NCBI GenBank assembly: GCA_046290225.1
Contig: JBKAGE010000035.1
Coordinates: 482,783-546,782, forward strand
Origin: Bradymonadia bacterium
GTDB lineage: Bacteria > Myxococcota_A > Bradymonadia > UBA7976 > UBA1532
Length of the DNA stretch: 64,000 nt
Direction of reading: 5' to 3'
The notes beneath the pieces were generated by a model. That model was given only the letters and a program-made list of their open reading frames with translations. It was not told where the DNA came from and did no database searches. This document shows positions 50,171 to 60,635 of the stretch, piece after piece. The first letter of the stretch is position 1; the number at the start of each line of letters is the position of its first letter. The position numbers and the translations under genes are program-made.

Positions 50171-53100
50171 ATGGATCACATCTTGTCCAGGGGCGCAGAC
50201 GACGACGCCGGCCAGAAGTCGAGGCGTCGTCGCAAGGGCGCCACCAAAGAAGCCACACCGGAGAAGGCAACATCGAGGAAGCCGCGGAAGACCCGCACCT
50301 CGAAGACCAGCCAGAAGGCGCCCAGCAGAAGCGCCAGAAAAAAGCCGGAGAAGGGGCCTCAGAAGCCACCTGATCCGCTCAAGCGCGAGATCCTGGGCAT
50401 CGCCATCCTCGGCGCCAGCCTGTGTCTCATGCTGGCTCTGGGATCGTTTCATCTCGACGATGTCGATCCCCAGGGGGGCGCAGCGAGCACCGGTCACACA
50501 CGTAACCTGATCGGTCCTGTGGGGGCGCACGTCGCCGACGTGTTGCTCTATGTGCTCGGCCTCGCGGCGTTTTTGCTGCCTCTGACCCTGGCCCTGCCCG
50601 GCGTATTTTTCATCGTGGGCCGTCGGCTCTCGGTGAAGCCGATGGACATCATCGGATACCCCCTGCTGGTGCTCACCGGGAGCATGCTGGCCCATCTCTG
50701 GATGGCAGGTCACCCCATCATGGGTCACGACGCTGGAGGTCATGTCGGCACGACCGGGGCCGAGATCCTGAAGTCTCTCTTCGGGCAGACCGGGGCCTAC
50801 ATCATCTTGTATTGCGTGCTGGCCCTGACCTTCATGCTGACGACGGGCATCAGCCTCTACAGCGTGGGCCGAGCCGCCGTGGGCCCGCTGCAGTCACCCA
50901 TCGAGCGGCTCAAGGCCTGGTGGGCGGACTTCAAGTCGAAGCGGGCCGAGAAGGCCAAAGAGAAGGCCGAGGCGCGCGATGCGAGCAAGGCCGAGAAGGC
51001 CAGGGCCAAAGCCGAGCGTGCTGCGCTCAAGGCCGAGGCTCGAGAGGCGAGCAAGGCAGAGAAGGCTGCTGCACAGGCCGAGAAGCGATCGCGCAAGAAG
51101 GGCGAGACCATCGACGATGCCGAGGCTGACGTCGACACCAACCTCTCACCCCGGGTGGAGGTGAACCTCGAAGACGAGGACATCGATCCACCCTCAGATG
51201 ATGCCGAGCCAGCGGTGGACGAGCGTCGCATCGAGACCGACGTCATCAGGCGGGGTCGTCGCAAGCGCTCCAAGCGCAAGAGCGAGCCCCAGCCGGCTGT
51301 CTCGGGGCCTCGGGACACCCCAGCCTGGGCCATGGGCCCAGTGGCTTTCGATGGCGGTGAGAGTGCGCCTGTTGCCTCTGAAGAGATGGATGCGGCTCCT
51401 GAGCCCGAGCAGGACGCGACGCCCTCCAGTAGAAAGCGTCGTCCTTCTCGCAGGGCACAGCCGGTCATTTCCCAGAGACCTGCTCAGGCAGAGATGGATC
51501 CATTCTCTGTGGGTGGGGACGAGGTCGTCGACTTCGGGGATGCAGGGGTCGATTTCGATGACCCGCTCGATCAGGCCGTCGCCGAAGGTGAGCAGGACAC
51601 TGTATTCGGCTCCGCCGTGGGCCAGGTGCCTCGTCATCTGCCCCCAGCGCCCCGCGTGCGGATCCCCACTCGGCCGCCGCCGCCCATGGACGAGCCTGTC
51701 AGCGCCCATGTAGATTTGCCGCCCCCTGTAGAGGCCGGGCCTCCGCCGCCGTCGGCGCCGCCCGAGCCACCGCCCTCCGACTTGATGGACAAGCCGGTGG
51801 TGAAGGAGCGCATGCACCGGGCCGAGGAGCCCCTCATCGACGGCCCTGTCGTCGAAGAGGAGAAGCCGGGCTACGAGCTGCCGCCTCTGGGCTTCCTCGA
51901 CTTCGAGCGCCCTGACGACGACTCCGTGGACTCGGCGTTCCTGCAAGAGCAGGCCGATCGCCTCGTGGCGGCCTTGGACACCTTCAAGATTCAGGGCCGG
52001 GTCACTGAGATCCACCCTGGCCCCGTGGTGACGATGTTCGAGTTCGAACCCGCCCCAGGGGTGCGCATCAGCAAGATCGCCGGCCTCGCCGACGATCTGG
52101 CCATGGCACTGCGGGCCATCAAGGTCCGCATCGTGGCCCCGATCCCCGGCAAGGGGGTGGTGGGCTTCGAGGTGCCGAACGAGAGCCGGGAGATGGTCTA
52201 CCTCAAGGAGATCATCGGCTCACCGGTGTTCCGTAAGAAGCACAACCTGCCCATCGCCCTCGGGAAGGACATCCACGGGGCGCCGGTGGTGGCCGATCTG
52301 GCCCGTATGCCTCACCTGCTCGTGGCGGGTACTACGGGGTCCGGTAAGTCGGTGGGTGTGAACTGCATGATCGCCAGCATGCTGTATCACGCCGGACCCG
52401 ACGAGATTCGGATGATCATGGTGGATCCGAAGATGCTCGAGCTGAGCATCTACGAGGACATCCCCCACCTGCTGTTGCCGGTGGTGACCGATCCGAAGAA
52501 GGCTGCCCAGGCGCTGAAGTGGGCTGTGGACGAGATGGAGCGCCGTTACCAGCTGATGAAAGAGGCTGGCGTGCGCAACCTGAAGGGCTTCAACAAGAAG
52601 GTGGAGCAGTTCGCCGGTGAGGCGCCCCTGGGCGAGGGGCCCGAGAAGCTGCCCTACATCGTGGTCATCATCGACGAGTTCGCCGACTTGATGATGGTGG
52701 CGGGGAAAGAGGTCGAGTACTGCGTGGCCCGCATCGCCCAGAAGGCCCGAGCGGCAGGGATCCATCTGATCCTGGCGACGCAGCGTCCGAGCACCGACGT
52801 GATCACCGGGGTGATCAAGGCGAACTTCCCCACGCGGATGGCCTTCCAGGTCTCGAGCGGCATCGACAGCCGCACCATCTTGTCGACGAACGGCGCCGAG
52901 AACCTGCTGGGCAAGGGCGACATGCTCTACATGCCCCCGGGCACCTCGCGCCTCACCCGCGTGCACGGGGCCTTCGTGAGCGAAGACGAGCTGCACGAGG
53001 TGGTGGCCTTCATCAAGGAGCAGGCCGAGCCCGACTACCTCGACGAGTCAGTCCTGGCCACCGAGGAAGAGAAAGAGGCCGCCGACGGCGACGAAGAGTA

Positions 53101-53329
53101 CGACTCTGCCTACGAGGACGCGGTCCGGGTGGTCTATCGCGACGGCAGGGCCAGCACGAGCCACCTGCAGCGGCGGCTGTCGCTGGGCTACAACCGCGCC
53201 GCCCGCATCATCGACTGCATGGAGCGCGAGGGTCTCGTGGGCCCGGGCTCGGGGGCCAAGCCACGGCAGATCCACAAAGCCGTGATCGCTGATCTCATCT
53301 CCCGCTGGGACGGCCACATGGTGGACTGA
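50171..53329 (+). CDS. ftsK: DNA translocase FtsK
   Basis: N-terminal TMs (N..G..GA), GPVVT.FE, MPHLLVAGTTGSGKS, IDEFADLM, ATQRPS, gamma domain LQRRL..GYNRAAR. Confidence 0.96.
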   Translation: MDHILSRGADDDAGQKSRRRRKGATKEATPEKATSRKPRKTRTSKTSQKAPSRSARKKPEKGPQKPPDPLKREILGIAILGASLCLMLALGSFHLDDVDPQGGAASTGHTRNLIGPVGAHVADVLLYVLGLAAFLLPLTLALPGVFFIVGRRLSVKPMDIIGYPLLVLTGSMLAHLWMAGHPIMGHDAGGHVGTTGAEILKSLFGQTGAYIILYCVLALTFMLTTGISLYSVGRAAVGPLQSPIERLKAWWADFKSKRAEKAKEKAEARDASKAEKARAKAERAALKAEAREASKAEKAAAQAEKRSRKKGETIDDAEADVDTNLSPRVEVNLEDEDIDPPSDDAEPAVDERRIETDVIRRGRRKRSKRKSEPQPAVSGPRDTPAWAMGPVAFDGGESAPVASEEMDAAPEPEQDATPSSRKRRPSRRAQPVISQRPAQAEMDPFSVGGDEVVDFGDAGVDFDDPLDQAVAEGEQDTVFGSAVGQVPRHLPPAPRVRIPTRPPPPMDEPVSAHVDLPPPVEAGPPPPSAPPEPPPSDLMDKPVVKERMHRAEEPLIDGPVVEEEKPGYELPPLGFLDFERPDDDSVDSAFLQEQADRLVAALDTFKIQGRVTEIHPGPVVTMFEFEPAPGVRISKIAGLADDLAMALRAIKVRIVAPIPGKGVVGFEVPNESREMVYLKEIIGSPVFRKKHNLPIALGKDIHGAPVVADLARMPHLLVAGTTGSGKSVGVNCMIASMLYHAGPDEIRMIMVDPKMLELSIYEDIPHLLLPVVTDPKKAAQALKWAVDEMERRYQLMKEAGVRNLKGFNKKVEQFAGEAPLGEGPEKLPYIVVIIDEFADLMMVAGKEVEYCVARIAQKARAAGIHLILATQRPSTDVITGVIKANFPTRMAFQVSSGIDSRTILSTNGAENLLGKGDMLYMPPGTSRLTRVHGAFVSEDELHEVVAFIKEQAEPDYLDESVLATEEEKEAADGDEEYDSAYEDAVRVVYRDGRASTSHLQRRLSLGYNRAARIIDCMEREGLVGPGSGAKPRQIHKAVIADLISRWDGHMVD

Positions 53330-53399
53330 GGTCCGCGCCGCTGGCATCGTCCGCCCCAAATTGTCAGAGTAAGAGCCTCACCCACACTGGAGGTTCGTT

Positions 53400-54587
53400 G
53401 TGCGGCATCTCACGCTGTCGATGCTGATGGTGGTTCTCGCGGCCTGCGCCGAGGGCTCGCTCGATGGCAGCTCTGGGGCTGCTGGTGGCGCCGGAGGCAT
53501 GGACGAGGCCGATGTCATGGTGTCGGCCGTCGACATGGGCGCTGAAGGCGGTGATGTGGGCGTCGAGGGCGACATGATGCTCGACGAGGCCGACGCCGAC
53601 ATCGACATCATGGTCTTCGACATGATGCCCGGGCCTGACGACATGGCTTTGGATCCACCTGATGCGGAGCCCCTACCCGACATGACGCCTCCGCCCCCGG
53701 AGCCCGACATGGAGGTGCCGCCTCCACCAGCGCGGGACTGCCGCTATGTGTCCACGACCTTCGGAGATCCTCGCATCGAGTTCGACGTCGGCCCGAACTC
53801 TAACGAGCGTCTGGTGTTCCGCGTACCTGGGGTACCGGCGCCTGCCTTCGTCGACGAGGCGGTCCTGATCTTCGACAGCTACGACGCGGATCACCCCGGT
53901 GAAGAGGGCCGCATCTTCATCAATGATCGCGGACCCTACGATCTGCCTGCAGACGAGGCTTGGGACAACCAGCCGGGTACGGGTCAGGTGGACGTGACCG
54001 CAGATGTCATCGCAGGGGAGAACGTGATCACCTTCGCCCCGGGGCCCCTGGACCGTAGCTTCTTCGGCATTTCCAATGTGCAGCTGGCAGTCCGCGCTCA
54101 GGTCGATGAGTGCCAGGAGGAGCCACCCCCGCCGCCTCCACCACCCCCAGAGGCCGTGGTCCGGGAGATCCGATACCCTCAGGCGGAGTACACCAACCGC
54201 CGCACATGGGTGGTGGGCTGCGAGAACAACGCCGCCCGGGCATATGCTTTCAGCGCCCGAGGGGACGAGCACGAGCCCACGGATTGTGAAGGCCTCTATC
54301 GCGCCGGAGGCAACCGCCGGGGTGATGCGATCTTCGCGTTCAATGATGTGGTGGAGGCCGAGTACGACATCGTGATTCGCTCACGACACACAGAGAATCG
54401 CAGCGAGACCGGGGCGCTGTTCCTGGTGAACGGCGAGAGCCGCCGCATCAGCCAGCGCAGCGATCGAGGCTTCACCAACGATACGTGGGGTCGTCGGCGC
54501 CTGAGCGGCCGGGTCGAAGTGATTTTGCGGGCCGAGGGCAACAGCGACAGCGTGATCTTCGTGCGCCTCGTGCCTGTGGGTGGATAG
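53400..54587 (+). CDS. Lipoprotein with an acidic D/M linker and two beta-rich domains
   Basis: GGAGG RBS, LAAC lipobox. Confidence 0.65.
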   Translation: MRHLTLSMLMVVLAACAEGSLDGSSGAAGGAGGMDEADVMVSAVDMGAEGGDVGVEGDMMLDEADADIDIMVFDMMPGPDDMALDPPDAEPLPDMTPPPPEPDMEVPPPPARDCRYVSTTFGDPRIEFDVGPNSNERLVFRVPGVPAPAFVDEAVLIFDSYDADHPGEEGRIFINDRGPYDLPADEAWDNQPGTGQVDVTADVIAGENVITFAPGPLDRSFFGISNVQLAVRAQVDECQEEPPPPPPPPPEAVVREIRYPQAEYTNRRTWVVGCENNAARAYAFSARGDEHEPTDCEGLYRAGGNRRGDAIFAFNDVVEAEYDIVIRSRHTENRSETGALFLVNGESRRISQRSDRGFTNDTWGRRRLSGRVEVILRAEGNSDSVIFVRLVPVGG

Positions 54588-54730
54588 CCTAGATCTGGCT
54601 CTATTAAAGGCCCACCAGGGGCATCGTGGTTTGGCCATTCGAGATAAACGCAAAAAAATGAAAACAGTGGTTGATCTGCGTCGAGGCCGTCGATATATAT
54701 ACCGCCCATCGCAACTGCGATGCACCGCAT

Positions 54731-54804
54731 GGAGCGGTAGTTAAGTTGGTTATAACGCCGGCCTGTCAAGCCGGAGGCCGCGGGTTCAAGTCCCGTCCGC
54801 TCCG
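54731..54804 (+). tRNA. tRNA-Asp(GTC)
   Basis: GGAGCGG/CCGCTCC acceptor, CCGGC-CTGTCAA-GCCGG arm; TTGATC-N17-TATATA at 54671-54699. Confidence 0.96.
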
Positions 54805-54807
54805 CTC

Positions 54808-54840
54808 AAAGCCCTGGTGCTCACGCACCAGGGCTTTTTT
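54808..54840 (+). terminator. Intrinsic terminator
   Basis: AAAGCCCTGGTGC-TCAC-GCACCAGGGCTTT plus T run. Confidence 0.85.
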
Positions 54841-54897
54841 GCTTTCTGCAGCCCAAAATCATCCAAAAATCGACTGAAGTGACAGCAGGCGCGCTGC

Positions 54898-56064
54898 TCA
54901 GCGAGCGAGATCGATGCTCACGGGGAAGTGGTCCGAGTAACCCGCGCCCGAGTTGAGATCATAGCCATCGGGGCGCCCGTCGGGTTGGATCAGGGGGGCC
55001 ATGTTCAACGTACGCGTCGAGCCCTCGACGAGCCGCCAGCGGTCATCATCACCGAGCAGGTTGCCATTGATGATGATGTGATCGAGACGGGTCCAGTCCC
55101 CACGGAAGCTGTAGGAGCTGTTCGTCGAGCGGTTCCACTGGTTGCTGTTGGTGTTCATCCCCTCGAAGAGGGATTCGAACTCACCCCAGGTGTTGTACAT
55201 GTGGCCTGGCTCGGTGACCTGGGCTGGATCCATCCGGGCTTGCAGATCTTCTTGGAGTGGGGGCTCGAACTCGAAGGTGTTGAAGTCGCCGAGGGCGATG
55301 ATTTGCCGGCTCTGGTCTGCCCGGAGCAGCAAGTCGACCGTGCCCCTCAGCTCTTGCCCTGAGCGGCGTCGGTGCGCGGCCTCGTCACAGGGGAACGGAC
55401 CAGAGCTCTTCGACTTCCAGTGGCTCACCAGCACCGTCAGATCGCCGAGGCCGTCGCTGGTGGTGTCGATGTCGACCTGCAAAATCGGCCGAGCCTCGGC
55501 GTCGCGCCCGTCGAGGGTCTGTCGGCCGTCGCCGCCCGTGCACTCAAAGCGCAGGTCAATGGGGCGGTTGAGCTCTTCGACGATGGGATACACGCTCATG
55601 ACCGCCACCCCGATGCCCCGGCGGTCACGACCGCGGATGAAGGCGCGGTGTGCATAGTCAGGGCCGCCCTGAGCCAGGGTGGCCTCGGCGAGGGCGTCGA
55701 GTACGCTGAGGGACTCGACCTCGGTGATCCCGATCACATCGGCGCCGACAGTGCCGAGCACGGCCCCATAACGTTCGATCCGATCTTGGAACTTTTCGGC
55801 GGTCCAGAGGGCCGAGGGAGTGAACTCACCCTCGTCCGTAGACGGGTCGTCCACCACATCGAACAGGTTCTGCAGGTTGTAGGTGGTGACCGTGAGCGCT
55901 GTAGGCGGCTCGAAGGGCGGCGGCCCTTCGTCGGCTGGGATGACCGAAGCGTCGGTCATTGCGTCGGCGGGCGAGGCGACGCCCCCATCATCGAGCAGCT
56001 CGTCGTCGGCGGCGCACCCCGCCGCCGTCAGAGTGAGGGCGGTGAGGAGGGCTGCTCGACGCAT
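54898..56064 (-). CDS. Endonuclease/exonuclease/phosphatase-family lipoprotein (extracellular nuclease-like)
   Basis: TYNLQNLFD, ADVIG..EVE, HWKSK, LGDFN, LDHI, GYSDHFPV. Confidence 0.9.
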   Translation of the reverse strand: MRRAALLTALTLTAAGCAADDELLDDGGVASPADAMTDASVIPADEGPPPFEPPTALTVTTYNLQNLFDVVDDPSTDEGEFTPSALWTAEKFQDRIERYGAVLGTVGADVIGITEVESLSVLDALAEATLAQGGPDYAHRAFIRGRDRRGIGVAVMSVYPIVEELNRPIDLRFECTGGDGRQTLDGRDAEARPILQVDIDTTSDGLGDLTVLVSHWKSKSSGPFPCDEAAHRRRSGQELRGTVDLLLRADQSRQIIALGDFNTFEFEPPLQEDLQARMDPAQVTEPGHMYNTWGEFESLFEGMNTNSNQWNRSTNSSYSFRGDWTRLDHIIINGNLLGDDDRWRLVEGSTRTLNMAPLIQPDGRPDGYDLNSGAGYSDHFPVSIDLAR

Positions 56065-56091
56065 CGACCTGCCAGATGAGGGGTCATGAAG

Positions 56092-56164
56092 TGGGCGGGA
56101 CAGGACTCGAACCTGCGACCGGCGGTGTGTAAGACCGACGCTCTACCAACTGAGCTACCCGCCC
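56092..56164 (-). tRNA. tRNA-Val(TAC)
   Basis: Minus strand GGGCGGGTAGCTCAGTTGGTAGAGC...CTTACAC...GGTTCGAGTCC...CCCGCCCA. Confidence 0.94.
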
Positions 56165-56242
56165 AAGGGTTGCAGCCGTTTTTTAGCGACATGTGCCCAC
56201 GAAAGCAACACGGGGCAGAGAAGGAGTGGCCTGATGGGCCTC

Positions 56243-58378
56243 TCAGATACGGAAACGAGAGGCCTGCTCGACGACGATGGGCTTCTCTTTCTCGCCCTTG
56301 GGCAACCACAAGCGGAACGTAGTGCCCTTTCCGATCTCGCTGAGCACCGAGATCTCACCCCCGTGGTTTTCGAGGATGTTGTAGGCGATGGCCAGGCCCA
56401 GCCCCGTGCCCTCACCGATGTCTTTCGTGGTGAAGAAAGGCTCGAAGATGCGTGCGCGGACCTCTTCGGGGATGCCCTTGCCCTGATCGGAGAAGTCGAT
56501 CTGCACGCCCCCCTTCATCGACGACGCCGAGATGGTGAGCGTGCCCCACTCCGGCGTGGCCTGAGCAGCGTTCACGATCAGGTTCATGAACACCTGCTCG
56601 AGTTGGGTGGGCAGACACCAGACTTGAGGCACCTCCTCGAAGGCCTTCACCACATCGAGGGTGTACTTCCACTTGCCCTTGGTGAGCATGATGGCGTTGT
56701 CGATGAGACTGGTGATGTCCGAGCGGTGCACCGTCTGGTTGTCGGGGTGGGCGAAAGATTTCAGGCCCAGCACGATCTTCTCGACGCGCTCCACCCCCTC
56801 GATGCTCTCCTTCACCATGCAGCCAATGTCTTCGGTCAGGAAGCTGAGGTCGATCTCGTCTTCGATGTTGCGGGGCCCCTTGAAGGCGTCGAGATCTCCC
56901 GCGGCGTCGGCAGCAGCGTGCCACGCGCTGATGAGATCGAGCAGATCGGTGAAGTACTCTTCTGCTCGACGGGTGTTGGCCTTCACGAAGGCGAGGGGGT
57001 TGTTGATCTCGTGGGCCACGCCGGCGGCGAGCACCCCGAGAGAGGCCATCTTTTCCGCGGCGACGAGCCGGCGCTCCATCTGACGTTTGCCGGTCTGATC
57101 GTGCAAGAACAGCAGGAACTGGGCGCTGCTGGGGTTCGAGAAGGGGGCCAGGGTCACGTCGAAGACGCGATCGTTGATGTTCCACTCGCCGAGGTGTCGG
57201 CGGCCGCCCTCCATCTCTGCACCGGTGATCTCACCTGAGAGCTTGTACTGCAGGTCTTCGGCGAGCTGAATGTGCTGCGCCAGGATCGCCCCAGGCTCGG
57301 GGTTGCCGAAGATCTGCCGGAAGCGATCGTTCGGCCGCAGGATGCGCCCTTCGTTGTCGAAGACGCACAGCGGATCCCACAGGGTATCGATCACTTCGTC
57401 GTTGAAGGCCTTGAGGGCCTTCATGTGCGACATCAGGCGGGCGTTCTCCATCAGGAACCCTGCCTGACCGAGCAGCGCCTGGATGAAGGAGATGTCCGAC
57501 TTGGAGTAGGGCTTGCTGTCCACCCGGTCGGTGACGTTCACCACGCCCACGACCTCACCCTTCATCTTCAACGGCACCGTGAGCGACATGGGCAGCGAGC
57601 GATCGCGCTTTTGAGTGGTGGGCACGTACCGCTGTAGATCTGTCGAGCCCCGCGCTGCGAGATGGTCGTCGATGAACAGGGGCTTGCCCAGGGCGGCACA
57701 TGTACCAGCAATGCCTTCGCCGATCTTGCTCCGGGCTTCTTTGATTACGTGGGCAGGGATCCCCACGGCGGCGGTCATCTGCAGCTCGCCGGCTTCACGG
57801 TCCACCGACATGATCGATACGCGCTGGCTCTTGAGCTGCCGGGCCACCATCTCCACCAGGTTTTGGAAGATGGCGTCTTCGTCATCCATGGTGGTGAGCA
57901 TGCGTGAGGCCTGCGACAGGGCCATCATGCGCTGGTTGTACTGGTGCGCTCGCATCTCTGGCGGTGTGGGGCTGTCAGGGAGAGCCACTGTCTTGTCTGC
58001 CTGATCAGCGAAGACGCGACGCAGACGGGCTTTGATCAAGCGCTCAGACGCTCGGCCACTGAGGACCGCCTCGGCCCCCATCTCCAACAACTTCACTTCG
58101 GCGCTCTCAGTGAGCAGGTCGAGGACCACCACAGGCGCCTTGGGATGGTCTTGGAGCAGCGCAGGCAGAGCGTGTACAGCGGTGTCGGCGCTCCCACGAT
58201 AGAAGACCGCCTTGAAGTTGGGATCCATGACCCCCTGGCGCACGTTGGCCCACTGGATCACGGCGAAGTCGCTGAGGGCTTTTTCCCACGAGGGGCCCGG
58301 TGGAGAGCCGATCCAGATGACCTGGGGGGCGTCCTTGTATGGGGTCGGGGTGATGGGGGTGCTCACGTACACTGGCAA
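56243..58378 (-). CDS. Cytoplasmic sensor histidine kinase (receiver-like N-terminus, GAF, PAS, HisKA, HATPase)
   Basis: GVAHEINNPL, QVFMNL..NA, D.G.G, FEPFFTTK..GEGTGLGL; GAF GEGIAG; GAGGAGG RBS. Confidence 0.92.
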   Translation of the reverse strand: MPVYVSTPITPTPYKDAPQVIWIGSPPGPSWEKALSDFAVIQWANVRQGVMDPNFKAVFYRGSADTAVHALPALLQDHPKAPVVVLDLLTESAEVKLLEMGAEAVLSGRASERLIKARLRRVFADQADKTVALPDSPTPPEMRAHQYNQRMMALSQASRMLTTMDDEDAIFQNLVEMVARQLKSQRVSIMSVDREAGELQMTAAVGIPAHVIKEARSKIGEGIAGTCAALGKPLFIDDHLAARGSTDLQRYVPTTQKRDRSLPMSLTVPLKMKGEVVGVVNVTDRVDSKPYSKSDISFIQALLGQAGFLMENARLMSHMKALKAFNDEVIDTLWDPLCVFDNEGRILRPNDRFRQIFGNPEPGAILAQHIQLAEDLQYKLSGEITGAEMEGGRRHLGEWNINDRVFDVTLAPFSNPSSAQFLLFLHDQTGKRQMERRLVAAEKMASLGVLAAGVAHEINNPLAFVKANTRRAEEYFTDLLDLISAWHAAADAAGDLDAFKGPRNIEDEIDLSFLTEDIGCMVKESIEGVERVEKIVLGLKSFAHPDNQTVHRSDITSLIDNAIMLTKGKWKYTLDVVKAFEEVPQVWCLPTQLEQVFMNLIVNAAQATPEWGTLTISASSMKGGVQIDFSDQGKGIPEEVRARIFEPFFTTKDIGEGTGLGLAIAYNILENHGGEISVLSEIGKGTTFRLWLPKGEKEKPIVVEQASRFRI

Positions 58379-58510
58379 CGCCTCCTCGACGCCGGGTTAT
58401 CCCCAGAGTGATTCGGCGACCCAGGGTGAGACCCATGGGACTGGGTCTCTCAGGACCCGCTCGACACTGCCTTGCTCAGCGGTGGGCGTCGGCGCTCGGG
58501 GTGCGCTGCT

Positions 58511-59293
58511 TCAACGGCACGTGCGCTTGGTGTTCTTGAGCTTCTTGCTCCCCTCGCGGACCCGGTTGGAGTTGGGCATCTCGGCGAGCAGACGCTCGAG
58601 GAAGGGGATGCCATCCTTGCATCGATCGAGGGCCACGAAGTTGTCGTGGGTCAGGATCAGGGCGTCGTCGACTTTGTCGCCCTTGGGGTACTTCTCCATG
58701 ATGGTGCGCAGGGCTTTGAGCGACGAGGTGTAGTCGGCCCGCTGGCTCAGGCACTCGGCCATCAAGTAGATGGCGTTGTCGGCCTGGGCAGCCTGGGGGT
58801 AGCTCTGGGCGTACTTGCTGAAGGCCCGGATCGCCTCATCACAGTCGTTGTCGCGTTTGCGCTCGTAACCATACCGGTACAGGTCGGCCTCGCCGTCGGG
58901 CAGCGGGTTGCCACCCTGCTGACCACCATTGCTGGGGATCGCAGGCAGAGCGCTGGTGTTGTTGGCCATCTTCTGCTGAATCTCGGCGAGCTGGCCGTTG
59001 AGCTGCTGCAGCTGCTCGCGCAGCTGGTCGACCTCGACGCCCCGGTTGGCGCTGCCGGTCCGCAAGCCCTCGATGGCTGCGGTGAGCTTCGATTCGAGAC
59101 CCTCGATGCGTTTGACCGCTGAGGCGAGCTCGTCGTTGAGGCTCTTGCGTCCATCTCGAGAGGTCTCGGTGAGTGCCTCGACCTGGCCTTGCAAGGCTGC
59201 GAGATCTGTCTCGATTTTTTCGCCGCGCCAATGGGAGACGCAGCCCACCATGGGCAACATGGTGACGATCAAGAGGGTGCGGGTGAGGCGCAT
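58511..59293 (-). CDS. cpoB: Tol-Pal-associated CpoB/YbgF-like coiled-coil/TPR lipoprotein
   Basis: VGC lipobox, coiled coil, YP....ADNA.Y...E TPRs; downstream of the pal-like gene. Confidence 0.75.
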   Translation of the reverse strand: MRLTRTLLIVTMLPMVGCVSHWRGEKIETDLAALQGQVEALTETSRDGRKSLNDELASAVKRIEGLESKLTAAIEGLRTGSANRGVEVDQLREQLQQLNGQLAEIQQKMANNTSALPAIPSNGGQQGGNPLPDGEADLYRYGYERKRDNDCDEAIRAFSKYAQSYPQAAQADNAIYLMAECLSQRADYTSSLKALRTIMEKYPKGDKVDDALILTHDNFVALDRCKDGIPFLERLLAEMPNSNRVREGSKKLKNTKRTCR

Positions 59294-59323
59294 GGTGAGT
59301 GCTCCTGGAGACAGATTCTGAGA

Positions 59324-59722
59324 TCAGGGGGCGGAGGTGCCCGATTCGGAGGCGGCCGCCGAACCTTTTTTAACGCACTGGCCCTCGACGCATTCATACA
59401 AGAAGTCGCAATGCCACTTCAGCGCGTGACGCCCACACTCGGGCCTCGGGATGCACTGCCCCTCGCTGCACCACTGCTCTTGCGGGCATTCGTGGGAGAC
59501 GAGGCACGCTGGGCCACACTGGTTGAACCGACATCGTTGCCCCTCGGGGCACGGCCGATCAGTATCACATTCGCCTTTGGGTGCAGTCTCAGCAGTGCTG
59601 GGTTGAGATCCGGCCGCAGGTTTACTCTGCGGACGCGAAGTGCAACCGACAACACCGATGCTGGTGATGCAAACGAAGGCGAAGAGAAGAGGCGGGAGGG
59701 CCGCCGTGGGTCGAGTCGACAT
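59324..59722 (-). CDS. Small Cys-rich lipoprotein
   Basis: VVGC lipobox, three short Cys-rich repeats. Confidence 0.65.
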   Translation of the reverse strand: MSTRPTAALPPLLFAFVCITSIGVVGCTSRPQSKPAAGSQPSTAETAPKGECDTDRPCPEGQRCRFNQCGPACLVSHECPQEQWCSEGQCIPRPECGRHALKWHCDFLYECVEGQCVKKGSAAASESGTSAP

Positions 59723-59774
59723 GGCGGGCTCGAGGGGAGAGAGCGCCCGGTGAAGGGTGCTCAGTGAAGGGGGC

Positions 59775-60557
59775 TCAGTTGGAGCGGAAGTTGGCCCGGC
59801 GGTTCTGGCGCCAGGCACTCTCACCGCTGCCGCTCACGGCGGGACGGGTCTCGCCGTAGCTCACGGAGTCGAGCTTGCCGCTGTCGACGCCCATGTTGCT
59901 GAGGAACTTCTTCACCTTGTTGGCGCGGTCCTCACCGAGGGCGAGGTTGTACTCTTCGGTGCCGCGCTCGTCGCAGTGACCCTCGACGGTGAGGCTGCTG
60001 GGGGCGCGCTCGGCCTTCATGCAGTTGGCGATGGCTTCGATCTTGCCGCGCTCGCTGCCCTTGATGTTCGACTTGTTGAAGTCGAAGTAGACCGGCTCGC
60101 CTTCGCAAACGACGGGCTGCTCGGTGCAGGCGCCGCCGACGCAGTCGAAGCCCTCGGGGCACTGCTTCACGCCGTTGGGGCCACACTCGGGGCGCTGCTG
60201 GCAGGTGCCTGCCTGGCAGAACTGACCCTCGCCACAGCCGTCGGGGCCGTCGTCGGCGAGGCACTGAGGACCACACTCGTTGTTACGGCACTTGCCGCTG
60301 CCGGGGCAGGCGACGTTCTCGTCGCAGTAGCCCACCTTGCGCTGGCACTGGCTGGACTGGCAGATGAACCCGGCACCCTTGCTGGAGCAGTGACTGTTGT
60401 CACGACACTCTTCGCACTTCTTGTTGACGCAGAACTGGCCCTGCTCTGCGCAGTGGCCATCGTCGTCACAGTTGGGATACTTTGGGCCACAGCCGGAGGC
60501 CGTGAGCAGCATGTAGACAGCAAAGAGGCTGAATGAGAGAAAACGGTATGCGCTCAT
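59775..60557 (-). CDS. pal: OmpA/Pal-family lipoprotein with an N-terminal Cys-rich region
   Basis: VYFDFNKS, VEGHCDERGTEEYNLALG..RA, VSYGE.RP, NRRA. Confidence 0.85.
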   Translation of the reverse strand: MSAYRFLSFSLFAVYMLLTASGCGPKYPNCDDDGHCAEQGQFCVNKKCEECRDNSHCSSKGAGFICQSSQCQRKVGYCDENVACPGSGKCRNNECGPQCLADDGPDGCGEGQFCQAGTCQQRPECGPNGVKQCPEGFDCVGGACTEQPVVCEGEPVYFDFNKSNIKGSERGKIEAIANCMKAERAPSSLTVEGHCDERGTEEYNLALGEDRANKVKKFLSNMGVDSGKLDSVSYGETRPAVSGSGESAWRQNRRANFRSN

Positions 60558-60635
60558 TACCCAGAGACCTGATTTTAGTTTAAAAAACAACAGCTTATGG
60601 GTTGTTACCCACAAGGTCGCAGCAGACGCTAGAAC

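Noticed and set aside
54731..56164. tRNA-anchored integrated element between tRNA-Asp and tRNA-Val
   Set aside because: No integrase, no duplicated tRNA 3' end, and the enclosed nuclease gene has host-like composition.
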